In this document: piece by piece, positions 1 to 10,619 of the stretch
Position numbering within the stretch: position 1 is the first letter of the stretch
How the letters are laid out: each line of letters starts with the position of its first letter
Assembly (NCBI GenBank): GCA_017440575.1
Contig: JAFSGY010000075.1
Coordinates: 822-64,821 of the forward strand
DNA: 64,000 nucleotides
Direction: 5' to 3'
Source of the DNA: Lachnospiraceae bacterium
GTDB taxonomy: Bacteria; Bacillota; Clostridia; Lachnospirales; Lachnospiraceae
The notes under the pieces: generated by a model
What the model was told of the DNA's origin: nothing
What the model saw: the letters and a program-made list of their open reading frames with translations, nothing else
Databases searched by the model: none
Position numbers and translations under genes: made by a program

Positions 1-1329
1 AATGTTGCTCGTTTTAACTTTTCACACGGAGATTATGAGGAGCATAGAGCAAAATTTGAAAGAGCGGTAGCAATTGCAAAAGAATTGAATTTACCACTTG
101 CTACGATGATGGATACGAAGGGACCAGAGATTCGCTTACGTGATTTTGAGAATGGTAAGGTTTATTTAGAAAGTGGTCAGGATTTTACATTAACGACAGA
201 GAAAATTATGGGTACTTCTAAAAGGGCATCCATAACATATAAAAACCTTAAAAATGATATTGAAGTAGGTAAGACTCTATTAATTGATGATGGTCTGATA
301 GAGCTTTCTATTAAGGAGATTACAGAAACTGAGATTATCTGTACGGTTATTAATGGAGGATATGTATCAAATCATAAAGGGATTAACGTACCAGGTGCGA
401 TACTCTCTATGCCATATATCAGTGACATAGACAAGCAGGATATTTTGTTTGGTGTAAAGATGGGATATGATTATCTTGCAGCTTCATTTGCCAGAAATAA
501 GGAAGATATCGAAGAGGTAAGAAAGCTGATTACGGACAATGGTGGACGTATGAAGATTATTGCCAAGGTTGAAAATATGCAGGGTATTGACAACCTAGAT
601 GAGATTTTAGAGGCATCAGATGGTATCATGGTAGCTAGAGGAGACATGGGAGTAGAGGTTCCTATGGAAGAAGTACCGGTTATCCAGAAGATGATGATTA
701 AGAAAGCGCTAAAAAAAGGTAAGATTGTTATTACTGCAACGCAGATGTTGGATTCTATGATTAAGAATCCAAGACCGACGAGAGCAGAGACAACAGATGT
801 TGCCAATGCGATTTATGATGGAACTTCTGCGATTATGTTGAGTGGTGAGAGTGCTGCTGGTTCTTATCCGATAGAAGCGGTAAGAACGATGTCAAGAATT
901 GCAGAAAGGGCAGAGCAGGATATCAGTTATGATTCCAGACTTCTAAAAAGAAGCGATGAAGAGAAAGAAGATGTTACAACTGCCATTTCGCACGCATGCT
1001 GTACAACGGCTATGGACTTAAAGGCATCTGCTATTATTACGGTTACAATGTCTGGATTCACAGCAAGTATGATTTCCAGATATCAGCCAAGCTGTCAGAT
1101 TATTGGTTGTACGGTAGATGAGACTGTGTATCGTCAGCTTAGCCTTTTATGGGGCGTGAAGCCTTTGTTAATTGAAAAGGCTGACAGTGCAGAGATGCTT
1201 TTTGAGGCTGCTGTAGAGGCAAGCAAAAAAGCAGGATTAATTCACGAAGGAGAACGAGTTGTATTAACAGCGGGAGTTCCACTGGGAATTTCCGGTAAGA
1301 CAAATATGATTCGAGTGGTTGAGGTATAA
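1..1329 (+). CDS. pyk: Pyruvate kinase (5' end outside window)
   Basis: Frame +1 is open from base 1 (NVARFNFSHG); motifs DTKGPEIR, IIAKVEN, MVARGDMGVE, ATQMLDSM, MLSGESA. Confidence 0.97.
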   Translation, partial: NVARFNFSHGDYEEHRAKFERAVAIAKELNLPLATMMDTKGPEIRLRDFENGKVYLESGQDFTLTTEKIMGTSKRASITYKNLKNDIEVGKTLLIDDGLIELSIKEITETEIICTVINGGYVSNHKGINVPGAILSMPYISDIDKQDILFGVKMGYDYLAASFARNKEDIEEVRKLITDNGGRMKIIAKVENMQGIDNLDEILEASDGIMVARGDMGVEVPMEEVPVIQKMMIKKALKKGKIVITATQMLDSMIKNPRPTRAETTDVANAIYDGTSAIMLSGESAAGSYPIEAVRTMSRIAERAEQDISYDSRLLKRSDEEKEDVTTAISHACCTTAMDLKASAIITVTMSGFTASMISRYQPSCQIIGCTVDETVYRQLSLLWGVKPLLIEKADSAEMLFEAAVEASKKAGLIHEGERVVLTAGVPLGISGKTNMIRVVEV

Positions 1330-1337
1330 ACAGAAAA

Positions 1338-1925
1338 ATGGGTAAGATTTTTTGTATCATGGGCAAAAGTGCTACAGGTAAAGACACGATATATAAGAAG
1401 CTTTTGCAAAACGATGAGTTGAATTTGAGAAGGATTGTTTCTTATACGACTCGTCCGATTCGTGAGGGTGAAAGAGAAGGCATAGAATATCATTTTACAG
1501 ATGTGGAGACAATGCAGCAACTAGAGCAACAGGGCAAAATTATTGAGAGTCGTGCTTATGATACAATACATGGAATCTGGAACTATTTTATGGTAAAGGA
1601 TAGTCAGATTGATCTTATGCAGAATGATTATTTGATTATTGGAACCTTAGAATCTTATATAAAAATAAGAAATTATTTTGGAGAGGATAAGGTAGTTCCT
1701 ATCTATATTGAATTAGAGGATGGGAAACGTCTGACGAGAGCGTTGGAGAGAGAGAAGATTCAGTGTGAACCAAAATATGAGGAGATGTGCAGGAGATTTC
1801 TGGCAGATTGTCAGGATTTCTCCTGTGAGAAATTGAAAGAAGCGGGAATAAGCAAGTTTTATGTGAATGATGAATTGGAAAGATGTTTACTAGAAGTAAA
1901 ACGAGATATTTTAGCGAATAAGTAA
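1338..1925 (+). CDS. Guanylate kinase family nucleoside monophosphate kinase
   Basis: P-loop GKSATGKDT and guanylate kinase signature SYTTRPIREGEREGIEYHF. Confidence 0.85.
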   Translation: MGKIFCIMGKSATGKDTIYKKLLQNDELNLRRIVSYTTRPIREGEREGIEYHFTDVETMQQLEQQGKIIESRAYDTIHGIWNYFMVKDSQIDLMQNDYLIIGTLESYIKIRNYFGEDKVVPIYIELEDGKRLTRALEREKIQCEPKYEEMCRRFLADCQDFSCEKLKEAGISKFYVNDELERCLLEVKRDILANK

Positions 1926-2056
1926 TAATAGGATTTTATCGAATATTCCAAGAGTAATGTATAAAGTAACTATTCAGGACAGGTCGAAGCAATTCTGCTG
2001 AGATCGTAATTATGAAGGTACTGAATAATTACGGTATAAATATAAGGGGTGACAAC

Positions 2057-2497
2057 ATGGAGATCAAGGTGGATCAGATTCAACAGGCGATGCCGATAGA
2101 ACAGCAGCAGAATGTACAGCCTACAGATGATACATTTAAATTTATGCTTGCAAGTAATATCGAGGAAGCGGCCTTGGCAGACAGATTGAATCTTATGATG
2201 GAAGAGATTGTTATGCAGGGAGATAAGATTATCAAGCGTATGGATGTAAAGGATATGCGTAAATATCGTTCTCTGATTAAAGAATTTATGAACGAAATCG
2301 TAAATCGCTCTCATAAGTTTTCCAGAGAGAATTTTCTTGATCGACGTGGCCGTCACAGAGTATATGGTATTATTCGTTTAGTGGATGAGAAGCTTGATGA
2401 ATTGGCACAGGAATTAGTGAAGGATGAAAGAGATACGATTAGTATTCTAGCTAAGGTTGGAGAGATACGAGGATTACTTTTGGATATATTTACCTAA
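2057..2497 (+). CDS. yaaR: YaaR/DUF327 family protein
   Basis: [12 protein letters not shown]...RRGRHRVY...GEIRGLLLD; immediately upstream of holB; ATG 2057 follows a GGGGTG RBS. Confidence 0.85.
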   Translation: MEIKVDQIQQAMPIEQQQNVQPTDDTFKFMLASNIEEAALADRLNLMMEEIVMQGDKIIKRMDVKDMRKYRSLIKEFMNEIVNRSHKFSRENFLDRRGRHRVYGIIRLVDEKLDELAQELVKDERDTISILAKVGEIRGLLLDIFT

Positions 2498-2599
2498 TAA
2501 TAGATGGGGAATAATAGAATGTAATGCTTTAGAGGTTGTATGTAAAGCAGTATAAAAGATTTTTGAAATAAGTATAGTAAAGGAGAGTAATTCCCTCAA

Positions 2600-3619
2600 A
2601 TGGAACAGATACAAAATGAGCAGTTTCAGGAAAAAAACTGGAATTCTGTTATTGGACAGGAACAAATGACACAGAATCTTGAAAATGCTTTAAAATTTAA
2701 AAAAATATCACATGCTTATCTGTTTCAGGGAGAGAGGCTTTCTGGAAAGCGGATGATTGCTGATATTTTTGCAAGAGCATTACAATGTGAAGCAGATGTA
2801 GACAGGCCATGTAACCAATGTCGTTCTTGTAAACAGGCGTTAAATGGAAATCATCCTGATATTATCTATGTAGAGCATGATAAGCCAAATGTCATTAGTG
2901 TTGATAATATTAGAACACAGATTAATGGTGATATAGCAATTAAGCCTTATAGCAGTTCGTATAAGATATACATTGTGGATGAGGCAGAAAAGATGAATAT
3001 ACAGGCACAGAATGCTTTGCTGAAAACATTGGAGGAACCACCGGAATATGCGGTGATTATGCTCCTGTCAACGAGAGCCGAGGCGATGCTTCCCACGATT
3101 TTAAGCCGTTGTGTGGCTTTGAATACAAAGCCAGTGCCAGATGATAAGATTAAGCATTTTCTGATGACGGAGGTTCAGATTCCTGATTATAGAGCGAGTA
3201 TATGTGCTTCTTTTGCCAGAGGAAATGTTGGAAGAGCAATCCAGTTGGCTTCAAACGAAGAGTTTGATACAATGAAAGCGGAAGTCTTAGGAAATCTGAA
3301 GTCCATTTTCGAAATGGAGGTTCATCAGATGGCGGCAGCTGCTAAAAAGATTACGGAGGAAAAGTTTGAGATAGAGGATTATCTAGACTTATGTTTTATT
3401 TGGTATCGGGATATTTTATTATACAAGGCTTGTGGAGATAGAAAGCATTTGGTTTTTCTGGAAGAAATTCGTGATATTGAGCGTATTGGTGAGAAATATT
3501 CCTATGAAGCTATTGAGAAAATAATAGGTGCTATTGAACAGGCGAGAAGTCGGATTAAGTCTAATGTGAATTTTGACCTGACGATGGAATTATTGTTCAT
3601 GGAAATGAAGAAATCTTAA
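2600..3619 (+). CDS. holB: DNA polymerase III subunit delta'
   Basis: HAYLF, zinc module CxxCxxC, HPD, IVDEAEKM, AQNALLKTLEEPP, TILSRC. Confidence 0.95.
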   Translation: MEQIQNEQFQEKNWNSVIGQEQMTQNLENALKFKKISHAYLFQGERLSGKRMIADIFARALQCEADVDRPCNQCRSCKQALNGNHPDIIYVEHDKPNVISVDNIRTQINGDIAIKPYSSSYKIYIVDEAEKMNIQAQNALLKTLEEPPEYAVIMLLSTRAEAMLPTILSRCVALNTKPVPDDKIKHFLMTEVQIPDYRASICASFARGNVGRAIQLASNEEFDTMKAEVLGNLKSIFEMEVHQMAAAAKKITEEKFEIEDYLDLCFIWYRDILLYKACGDRKHLVFLEEIRDIERIGEKYSYEAIEKIIGAIEQARSRIKSNVNFDLTMELLFMEMKKS

Positions 3620-3672
3620 AAATTATAAGAAAATGATATGAAAAAACATGAAAAAAGAGTGAGGTTATAGAT

Positions 3673-4593
3673 ATGGTAAAGGTAATAGGCGTAAGATTTA
3701 GAACAGCAGGAAAGATTTATTTTTTTGATCCTTTAAAATTCAATGTAAAAAGAGGGGATCATGTTATTGTAGAAACTGCAAGAGGCGTTGAATATGGAAC
3801 AGTAGTAGGAGATCCAAAGGAAGTAGAAGACGATAAGGTGGTAGCGCCTTTAAAGCCAGTACTTCGCGTGGCAACACAAAGAGATATGGAGCAGGAGGCT
3901 GCCAATAAGGTAAAGGAAAAAGAAGCCTTTAAGATTTGTCTGGAAAAGATTAGGAAGCATAAGCTGGACATGAAACTGATTGATGCAGAATATACCTTTG
4001 ATAATAATAAGGTTTTGTTTTATTTTACCGCGGACGGAAGAATTGACTTTAGAGAGCTGGTTAAGGATCTGGCTTCTGTATTTAAGACAAGAATCGAACT
4101 TCGTCAGATCGGTGTACGTGATGAGACTAAGATTCTGGGTGGTATTGGTATCTGTGGTCGTCCTTTGTGCTGCCATTCTCACTTATCAGAATTTGTTCCT
4201 GTTTCGATTAAGATGGCAAAGGAACAGAATCTGTCCTTGAATCCGACTAAGATTTCGGGTGTGTGTGGAAGACTTATGTGCTGTCTGAAGCATGAAGAGG
4301 AGACATATGAATATCTGAACAAGAAGCTTCCGAATGTTGGTGATTATGTTACAACAGATGATGGCTTTAAGGGAGAGGTGCATAGTGTAAATGTACTTCG
4401 CCAGCTTGTGAAGGTTTTGATTGAAAATAATGATGAAAAAGAGATTAAGGAATATAAGGTAGAACAGCTTAAGTTTAAGAAGAGACATCGTAAGGACAAG
4501 CAGGACGGTATGTCAGATGCAGAACTTAAGGAGCTGAAGGAATTAGAAAAGCTCGAGAAACAGGAAGGAAGATCCAAGCTCGATGATAACTAA
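3673..4593 (+). CDS. yaaT: PSP1/YaaT (RicT) family protein
   Basis: RIDFRELVKDL, RQIGVRDE, CGRPLCC, KISGVCGRLMCCL. Confidence 0.95.
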   Translation: MVKVIGVRFRTAGKIYFFDPLKFNVKRGDHVIVETARGVEYGTVVGDPKEVEDDKVVAPLKPVLRVATQRDMEQEAANKVKEKEAFKICLEKIRKHKLDMKLIDAEYTFDNNKVLFYFTADGRIDFRELVKDLASVFKTRIELRQIGVRDETKILGGIGICGRPLCCHSHLSEFVPVSIKMAKEQNLSLNPTKISGVCGRLMCCLKHEEETYEYLNKKLPNVGDYVTTDDGFKGEVHSVNVLRQLVKVLIENNDEKEIKEYKVEQLKFKKRHRKDKQDGMSDAELKELKELEKLEKQEGRSKLDDN

Positions 4594-5356
4594 GGAAGAA
4601 AAAAAGGATAAGAAGCCAATTTCGGTAGAGCTTAAAGAGAAAGAACGCATTGATGATTTGCAAAGAAACGGATATCAGATTATTCAGAATCCTGAAAAGT
4701 TTTGTTTTGGAATGGATGCGGTATTGTTGTCCGGTTTTGCAAGGGTTAAGCCTGGCGCGCGAGTACTTGATATGGGAACCGGTACAGGAATTATTCCGAT
4801 ATTACTAGAAGGAAAGACAAAGGCTTCTCATTTGACGGGATTGGAGATTCAAGAGGAAAGTGCTGATATGGCAAGGCGTAGTGTTCTTTTGAATCATTTA
4901 GAAGAAAAAATAGATATTGTGACAGGAGACATCAAGGAAGCAGGCAATCTTTTTCAAGCTGCTTCTTTTGATGTTGTGACCTGCAATCCACCTTATATGA
5001 TAGGACAGCATGGAATAGCGAATCCTGATGCACCTAAGGCGATTGCAAGACACGAAGTATTATGTACCTTGGAGGATGTTGTCAAAAATGCGGCTTTATT
5101 GCTGAAGCCGGGAGGAAATTTTTTTATGGTTCATAGACCCTTCCGACTGGCGGAAATTGTTATGATGATGACAAAATATAAGCTGGAGCCAAAGCGCATG
5201 CAGCTCGTATATCCTTACGTGGATAAAGAGCCAAATATGGTGTTAATCGAAGGCTGTAGAGGTGGAAAGCCGCGTATGACGGTTGAAAAACCGTTGATTG
5301 TATATAAAGCGCAGAATGAATATACAGATGAGATTTATGAAATATATGGATATTAG
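4583..5356 (+). CDS. tRNA1(Val) adenine(37)-N6 methyltransferase (YabB-like)
   Basis: FCFGMDAVLL, SAM motif LDMGTGTG, NPPY, ARHE; conserved position after yaaT. Confidence 0.9.
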   Translation: MITKEEKKDKKPISVELKEKERIDDLQRNGYQIIQNPEKFCFGMDAVLLSGFARVKPGARVLDMGTGTGIIPILLEGKTKASHLTGLEIQEESADMARRSVLLNHLEEKIDIVTGDIKEAGNLFQAASFDVVTCNPPYMIGQHGIANPDAPKAIARHEVLCTLEDVVKNAALLLKPGGNFFMVHRPFRLAEIVMMMTKYKLEPKRMQLVYPYVDKEPNMVLIEGCRGGKPRMTVEKPLIVYKAQNEYTDEIYEIYGY

Positions 5357-6866
5357 GAAGAAATATGGAAAAAAGAAAATAATGCTGGCTCTTGTAGTCA
5401 GCACTTTCTGTTTGTTGTCTGGATGTCAAGGAAAGGCTGAGGAAGAGGTTTTTGCTACGGTAGACTTCGAAAAAATGTCAGAAGAGGATGAATTAAAAGC
5501 TGCTTTACAAACGGGAGAGAATAAAACAGATAGTGAAATAAGTAAGGAAGCTTTGCCAGAAAGTACATCGGAAAAGCAGACAGAAAATGATATCTTGCAG
5601 GAGACAGAAGAAATAGAGCAACAAAATAACAAGCCGGCTCCAGTAAAGGTAAAGGGCATCTATGTGAGTGGTCCGGTTGCGGGAATTGATAGAATGGACG
5701 AATTGATAGCCCTTGTGGATGAGACGGAACTGAATGCAATGGTCATTGATATCAAGAATGATGAAGGGCGTATTACGTATAAGATGCAGTCAGAAAAGGT
5801 CGTTGAAATAGAAGCAGGTATTCGTTATATACCGGATATCGAGGCGCTTGTGCAAAAATGCAAGGAGAAGGATATTTATCTGATTGCAAGAATTGTAGCT
5901 TTTAAGGATCCTTATCTTGCAGAAAAGTGTCCAGAGCTTGCGGTAAAGACGAAGTCGGGTCAAGTTTTTAAGGATAAGAGTGGACTAGCGTGGGTAAATC
6001 CATATGAAAAAGAGGTATGGGATTATCTCATTGAGGTATCAAGGGAAGTGGCAAAGCTTGGATTTGATGAGATTCAGTATGATTATATTCGTTTTTCAAC
6101 AGATTTGAAATCGGATGAGCTTGATTTCGGACCAGAGGCAGAGAATAAGAGTAAGACAGATATTATATCCGAATTTACACGCTATGCATGTGAGTCACTT
6201 GCAGATATGGATGTTTATGTGTCTGCTGATGTGTATGGGACAATTATTGATAACAAGGTTGACCAGAAAATAGTTGGTCAGGATTATGTGGAGATGGCTT
6301 CTTATCTTGATTATATCTGTCCAATGGTATATCCGTCACATTATGGAAATGGTGTTTATGGTATCGATATACCGGATGCAGAGCCTTATAAGACGGTAAA
6401 TGCAGCAATGAATGCTGCGGCGAAGGAATTAAGTGTTTTATCAAAGGAAGACAGGGCTATTAACCGTGTATGGATTCAGAGCTTTACGGCTTCTTGGGTA
6501 AATGGTCATATTACATATGGACCGGAACAGATTCGTGAACAGATTCGTGGGGCTTATGATGCTGGCTTTGATGAATGGATTCTTTGGAATGCGTCAGTGA
6601 AATATCAGAGAGATTCTTTACTCACGGATGAAGAGGCGGCAGAGGAGCAGGAAGTATGGAAATTGGAGAAGCAGGAAGCGGAGAGATTGGCAAAAGAAGA
6701 AGCTGCAAAACAGGAAGCGGAGAGATTAGCAGAAGAAGCTGCAAGACAGGAAGCAGAGAGGTTGGCGGCAGAGGAAGAAGCTACTAAGCAGGCAGCGGAG
6801 AGTCAGCAGACACCTGGCACTGAAGCTGGAACAGCAGAAGGTGCTACACAGGCAGATTTTGAATAG
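5346..6866 (+). CDS. Putative glycoside hydrolase lipoprotein (DUF4015-like) with charged coiled-coil tail
   Basis: Lipobox LLSGC; VKGIY, ELNAMVIDIK, GFDEIQYDYIRF, CPMVYPSHY; start more likely 5346 than 5298. Confidence 0.8.
   Translation: MDIRKKYGKKKIMLALVVSTFCLLSGCQGKAEEEVFATVDFEKMSEEDELKAALQTGENKTDSEISKEALPESTSEKQTENDILQETEEIEQQNNKPAPVKVKGIYVSGPVAGIDRMDELIALVDETELNAMVIDIKNDEGRITYKMQSEKVVEIEAGIRYIPDIEALVQKCKEKDIYLIARIVAFKDPYLAEKCPELAVKTKSGQVFKDKSGLAWVNPYEKEVWDYLIEVSREVAKLGFDEIQYDYIRFSTDLKSDELDFGPEAENKSKTDIISEFTRYACESLADMDVYVSADVYGTIIDNKVDQKIVGQDYVEMASYLDYICPMVYPSHYGNGVYGIDIPDAEPYKTVNAAMNAAAKELSVLSKEDRAINRVWIQSFTASWVNGHITYGPEQIREQIRGAYDAGFDEWILWNASVKYQRDSLLTDEEAAEEQEVWKLEKQEAERLAKEEAAKQEAERLAEEAARQEAERLAAEEEATKQAAESQQTPGTEAGTAEGATQADFE
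6668..6800 (+). repeat. Coding tandem repeat (QEAERLAxEEAA x3)
   Basis: Three copies of caggaagc(g/a)gagag(a/g)tt(g/a)gc about 36-39 bp apart. Confidence 0.8.
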
Positions 6867-6897
6867 AAAAAGTAGTGGTATATAGAGAGGATATGTT

Positions 6898-7749
6898 ATG
6901 GCAGGTAAATTGTATTTATGTGCAACACCGATTGGGAATTTGCAGGATATGACACCTCGCGTTAGAGAAACGTTAGAGGCTGTGGATTTGATTGCGGCTG
7001 AGGATACGAGAAATAGTATTAAGCTCTTAAATCATTTTGAGATTAAGACACCTATGACAAGCTATCATGAATATAATACGGTGGAAAAGGCAAAATATCT
7101 CATAGAACAAATGCAGGATGGGAAGAATATTGCATTGATTACGGATGCGGGAACTCCTGCCATATCGGATCCAGGTGAGGTATTGGTTGCGATGTGTTAC
7201 GAAGTCGGCATTACCGTAACTTCACTTCCTGGTCCTGCGGCATGTATTACAGCGCTTACACTTTCGGGATTGAGCACCAGAAGATTTTGTTTTGAGGGTT
7301 TTCTACCGGCCGATAAAAAAGAGAAAAAGGATATCATAGAGGACTTAAAAAGAGAATCAAGAACCATCATTCTCTATGAAGCACCCCATCATTTAATAAG
7401 AACATTAGAAGAGCTGTATGAAGCACTTGGAAATCGAAGGGTGACATTATGCAGAGAACTTACCAAACGCTTTGAGACGATTCTTCCGACAACCTTTGAG
7501 GATGCATTGACAATGTATCAGGAGGAGGAACCAAGGGGTGAGTATGTGCTTGTTGTGGAAGGAAAGAGTCATGAGGACTTTAAAAAGGAACAGGAAGCGG
7601 ATTGGCAGTCGATTTCCATTGAGGAGCATATGGCGATTTATGAGGAAAAAGGAACTGATCATAAGGAGGCAATGAAGCTGGTTGCCAAGGATAGAGGAAT
7701 CTCGAAAAGGGATGTCTATCAATATCTTTTAAAAAGTGTTGACAAATAG
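6898..7749 (+). CDS. rsmI: 16S rRNA (cytidine1402-2'-O)-methyltransferase
   Basis: LYLCATPIGNL, AAEDTR, DAGTPAISDPG, YEAPH, RELTK, PRGEYV. Confidence 0.96.
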   Translation: MAGKLYLCATPIGNLQDMTPRVRETLEAVDLIAAEDTRNSIKLLNHFEIKTPMTSYHEYNTVEKAKYLIEQMQDGKNIALITDAGTPAISDPGEVLVAMCYEVGITVTSLPGPAACITALTLSGLSTRRFCFEGFLPADKKEKKDIIEDLKRESRTIILYEAPHHLIRTLEELYEALGNRRVTLCRELTKRFETILPTTFEDALTMYQEEEPRGEYVLVVEGKSHEDFKKEQEADWQSISIEEHMAIYEEKGTDHKEAMKLVAKDRGISKRDVYQYLLKSVDK

Positions 7750-7767
7750 GAGTGGTAATACTATACT
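7739..7767 (+). promoter_or_regulatory. SigA-type promoter for acpP
   Basis: TTGACA (7739-7744), 17 bp spacer, TATACT (7762-7767). Confidence 0.8.
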
Positions 7768-7803
7768 TCGTATTGTCAATCAACGGAAGAAAGGAGTATT
7801 GAA

Positions 7804-8037
7804 ATGGAAAGAGTATTTGAAATCATTGAGGAACAGTTACATTTGACAGGTGTTGAGATTACAGAAGATTCATCATTCAAGGATGATTTAGGGGCTGACT
7901 CTATAGATTTAGTAGAATTAGTAATGGCTTTTGAAGACGAGTTCGACGTAGAAGTATCTTACGAAGAATTAGAGAAAAAGGTTAAGACTGTTGGCGATGC
8001 AATCGAGTTCTTAAGAGAGCAGGGCGCTGATATCTAA
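7804..8037 (+). CDS. acpP: Acyl carrier protein
   Basis: [21 protein letters not shown] phosphopantetheine site; 77 aa, acidic. Confidence 0.95.
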   Translation: MERVFEIIEEQLHLTGVEITEDSSFKDDLGADSIDLVELVMAFEDEFDVEVSYEELEKKVKTVGDAIEFLREQGADI

Positions 8038-8062
8038 ATTTAGCCTGACATATATGATATGC

Positions 8063-8092
8063 GAAGAGATCCTGAGATAGGGTCTCTTTTTT
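8063..8092 (+). terminator. Rho-independent terminator after acpP
   Basis: aagagatcct-gagat-agggtctctt followed by a T run. Confidence 0.8.
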
Positions 8093-8156
8093 GTGTGTGA
8101 TATTCCCAATAATAAAATCATAAGATAAATAAAATATATCAAAAGGGTAAATAAGT

Positions 8157-8816
8157 ATGATGAATTATCTATGGGGTGGCATGTTAATTATTGGCATTGT
8201 ATATGGAGCAATTACTGGAAATATGCAGGTAATTACAGATTCTGTACTGACTTCGGCCAAAGAGGCTGTTACATTAAGTATTACAATGCTTGGTATTGTT
8301 GCATTTTGGAGCGGATTGATGGAAGTAGCAGTAGAGGCAGGAATTATGGAGTCTATGATGAGATTATTAAATCCGTTTCTGCATTTCTTATTTCCAAGAA
8401 TTCCACGTAATCATCCAGCGTTACGTTCGATTGGAGTTAACTTTGTTGCCAATATTTTAGGGCTTGGTTGGGCAGCGACTCCGGCAGGGCTAAAAGCAAT
8501 GAAAGAGTTAGCGCAGCTTGAAAAAGAACGAGGAAATGCGGCATTTTTGGATGTAGGAACACAGGATAAAAGAAAAGGAGATATTTTAGGTGAGGACAGA
8601 GTTGCCAGTCATGAGATGTGTACGTTTCTAGTTATGAATATTTCATCTTTACAGTTGATACCAGTTAATGTGATTGCGTATCGGAGTCAGTATGGTAGTG
8701 TGAATCCGGCAAGTATAATTATGCCGGCAATTGTGGCAACAATGATTAATACAGTAGTGGCAGTGGTGTATTGTAAGTTTAAACAAAGTATCAGTAAAAA
8801 GAATTACTGTTCATAA
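8157..8816 (+). CDS. spmA: Spore maturation protein A
   Basis: MNYLWG, ANILGLGWAATPAGLKAM, MNISSLQLIP. Confidence 0.92.
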   Translation: MMNYLWGGMLIIGIVYGAITGNMQVITDSVLTSAKEAVTLSITMLGIVAFWSGLMEVAVEAGIMESMMRLLNPFLHFLFPRIPRNHPALRSIGVNFVANILGLGWAATPAGLKAMKELAQLEKERGNAAFLDVGTQDKRKGDILGEDRVASHEMCTFLVMNISSLQLIPVNVIAYRSQYGSVNPASIIMPAIVATMINTVVAVVYCKFKQSISKKNYCS

Positions 8817-9004
8817 AATAGTAAATTATAATAAAGACAAATATAAGATAGATGCTTTATTAAGCATTCTTTGTAGCTGCTCCATATTGGGACTTGATAC
8901 TAAAACATAAAAAATATTTTATTAGTATTCATATCTAGAAGTGGAGAAATATAGCATTTTCTACATGTAAAATTGAACTGTGATACATTAGTAGTCAATT
9001 TTTG

Positions 9005-9510
9005 TTATGGTGCAGTTGTACTAAAATCTCCATCTATGATGTTATCAGCATTCTTTCTGACTTCACCTTTGTAGAAATGATACTTTTCTTTTGGACGTTT
9101 TTCGAACAGACCCATTTTATGAATAAGTCTTTGAATTCGTTTGTGATCTATTTGATAAGTTATGATTATCGAGTTCTTTATGTACTCCTCGCACGCCATA
9201 TCTGTTTTGCTTAATTCGAAATAGTGCGTAGATTTTGCCATTTTCATTGCTTATAATAGATATTTTAAAGGATATCCTTTTTGGCGGAATTCTTTGATAA
9301 TTAATGCCTTTTTGCTTTGAGTAGTGCAACATGCTTTTCTTGCCTATTGGGTTTTTATTATTACCTTCTCTATTTTCATATATATATTTTCAGCATTTTA
9401 TCATATAGCTCTTCATGCTCTGACTTAGTAAGGGGAGATTCTCTTTTTTATATCAGAATTTCTACTTGGTCGACCATCCTTTTGTTTACGTGTTTTTCTA
9501 TGTACATTAT
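9005..9510 (-). mobile_element. Degraded IS3-family transposase remnant
   Basis: Minus-strand fragments YGVRGVHKEL and HKRIQRLIHKMGL..KRPKEKYHFYKGEV...ADNIIDGDFSTTAP resemble the IS3 OrfB N-terminus; frameshifted and ends before the DDE domain; right boundary approximate. Confidence 0.8.
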
Positions 9511-9719
9511 TTTTAACAATGTAATGTCGTATAAAGACAAATTTAATAGTAGGAATTGCAATAAAAATAGTGTATATTAAAAATATGCAAAAGAATAACA
9601 AAGTATTTATTATAATTAAAGTAGTAATGTATATTACAGTATCTGAATATAAGCGACTATGATATTAAAGGAAAGGAACACGTGATTATTTGCGATTGAA
9701 TCACTATATAGGATAAATC

Positions 9720-10523
9720 ATGAGAAATAATAGACATAAAGAAAACTTGTTATTGGGAATTATGACTTTTTTGTTAATTATATTAATTTTATTATTAATT
9801 GCACAAAGTATAAAAATGGGTGATAGTCAGATAAGTGAACCAGAGCAGACACAAGAGATTTTGGAAGAAGAAATACAAAGTGAGGTGTCATCAGAGGAGA
9901 ATATTGAGGAAAACATGGAGCCTACTAGTGAGCCACTAGTAGAGAAAAAAAATGGATATATAATAATAGGAGATAGTCATGTCGTTGTAACAGATAGTCA
10001 AGGATATGCAACCCATGGCAGTAATGTTGATGGTATAATATATAATCAGACTCTTTTTTTTGTACATACAGGACTAGATCCTATAATGGGGACATCTGAA
10101 TGGCTTAAGGGAGATGGGACAGAAAAAATTAAAGATATTATGGAAGAACATATAGAAATTACGGATTGGTGTATTATCAGTATTCATGGTACGAGTATGG
10201 TAACTATGCCTGATATTGAGAATCAATATGTACAGATTTATAAGCAATGGATAAATGATACCTTTAATACTAGCAGGGTATATATTGTTTCTGTTCCGCC
10301 ACTTGATGAAAAAGAGTGGGTAGTAAAACATGCAGATTTGCCGCCAAGATATAATCAAGATATAATTGATTTCAACTCCAATATTAAAGAAAACTTTGAA
10401 CAAAACTATTTTGATTATTATGCATGGTTTCTTGAAAATGGTGAATTTCAAGATGAGATACATTATACAGGAAAAACATATCAAACGATGTTTGATGAAA
10501 TAATACAAATACTACAAAATTAG
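9720..10523 (+). CDS. Membrane-anchored SGNH/GDSL-like esterase
   Basis: N-terminal TM, acidic linker, IIIGDSH (block I), C-terminal DEIH (DxxH). Confidence 0.75.
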   Translation: MRNNRHKENLLLGIMTFLLIILILLLIAQSIKMGDSQISEPEQTQEILEEEIQSEVSSEENIEENMEPTSEPLVEKKNGYIIIGDSHVVVTDSQGYATHGSNVDGIIYNQTLFFVHTGLDPIMGTSEWLKGDGTEKIKDIMEEHIEITDWCIISIHGTSMVTMPDIENQYVQIYKQWINDTFNTSRVYIVSVPPLDEKEWVVKHADLPPRYNQDIIDFNSNIKENFEQNYFDYYAWFLENGEFQDEIHYTGKTYQTMFDEIIQILQN

Positions 10524-10619
10524 AGGTATGGTTTGAATGTTTAGATAATAAAAAAATTTATTGATTGTTTGCCATCTATTTAGTGTAAGAAAATAGAATC
10601 TATACAAGGAGAATATAGG

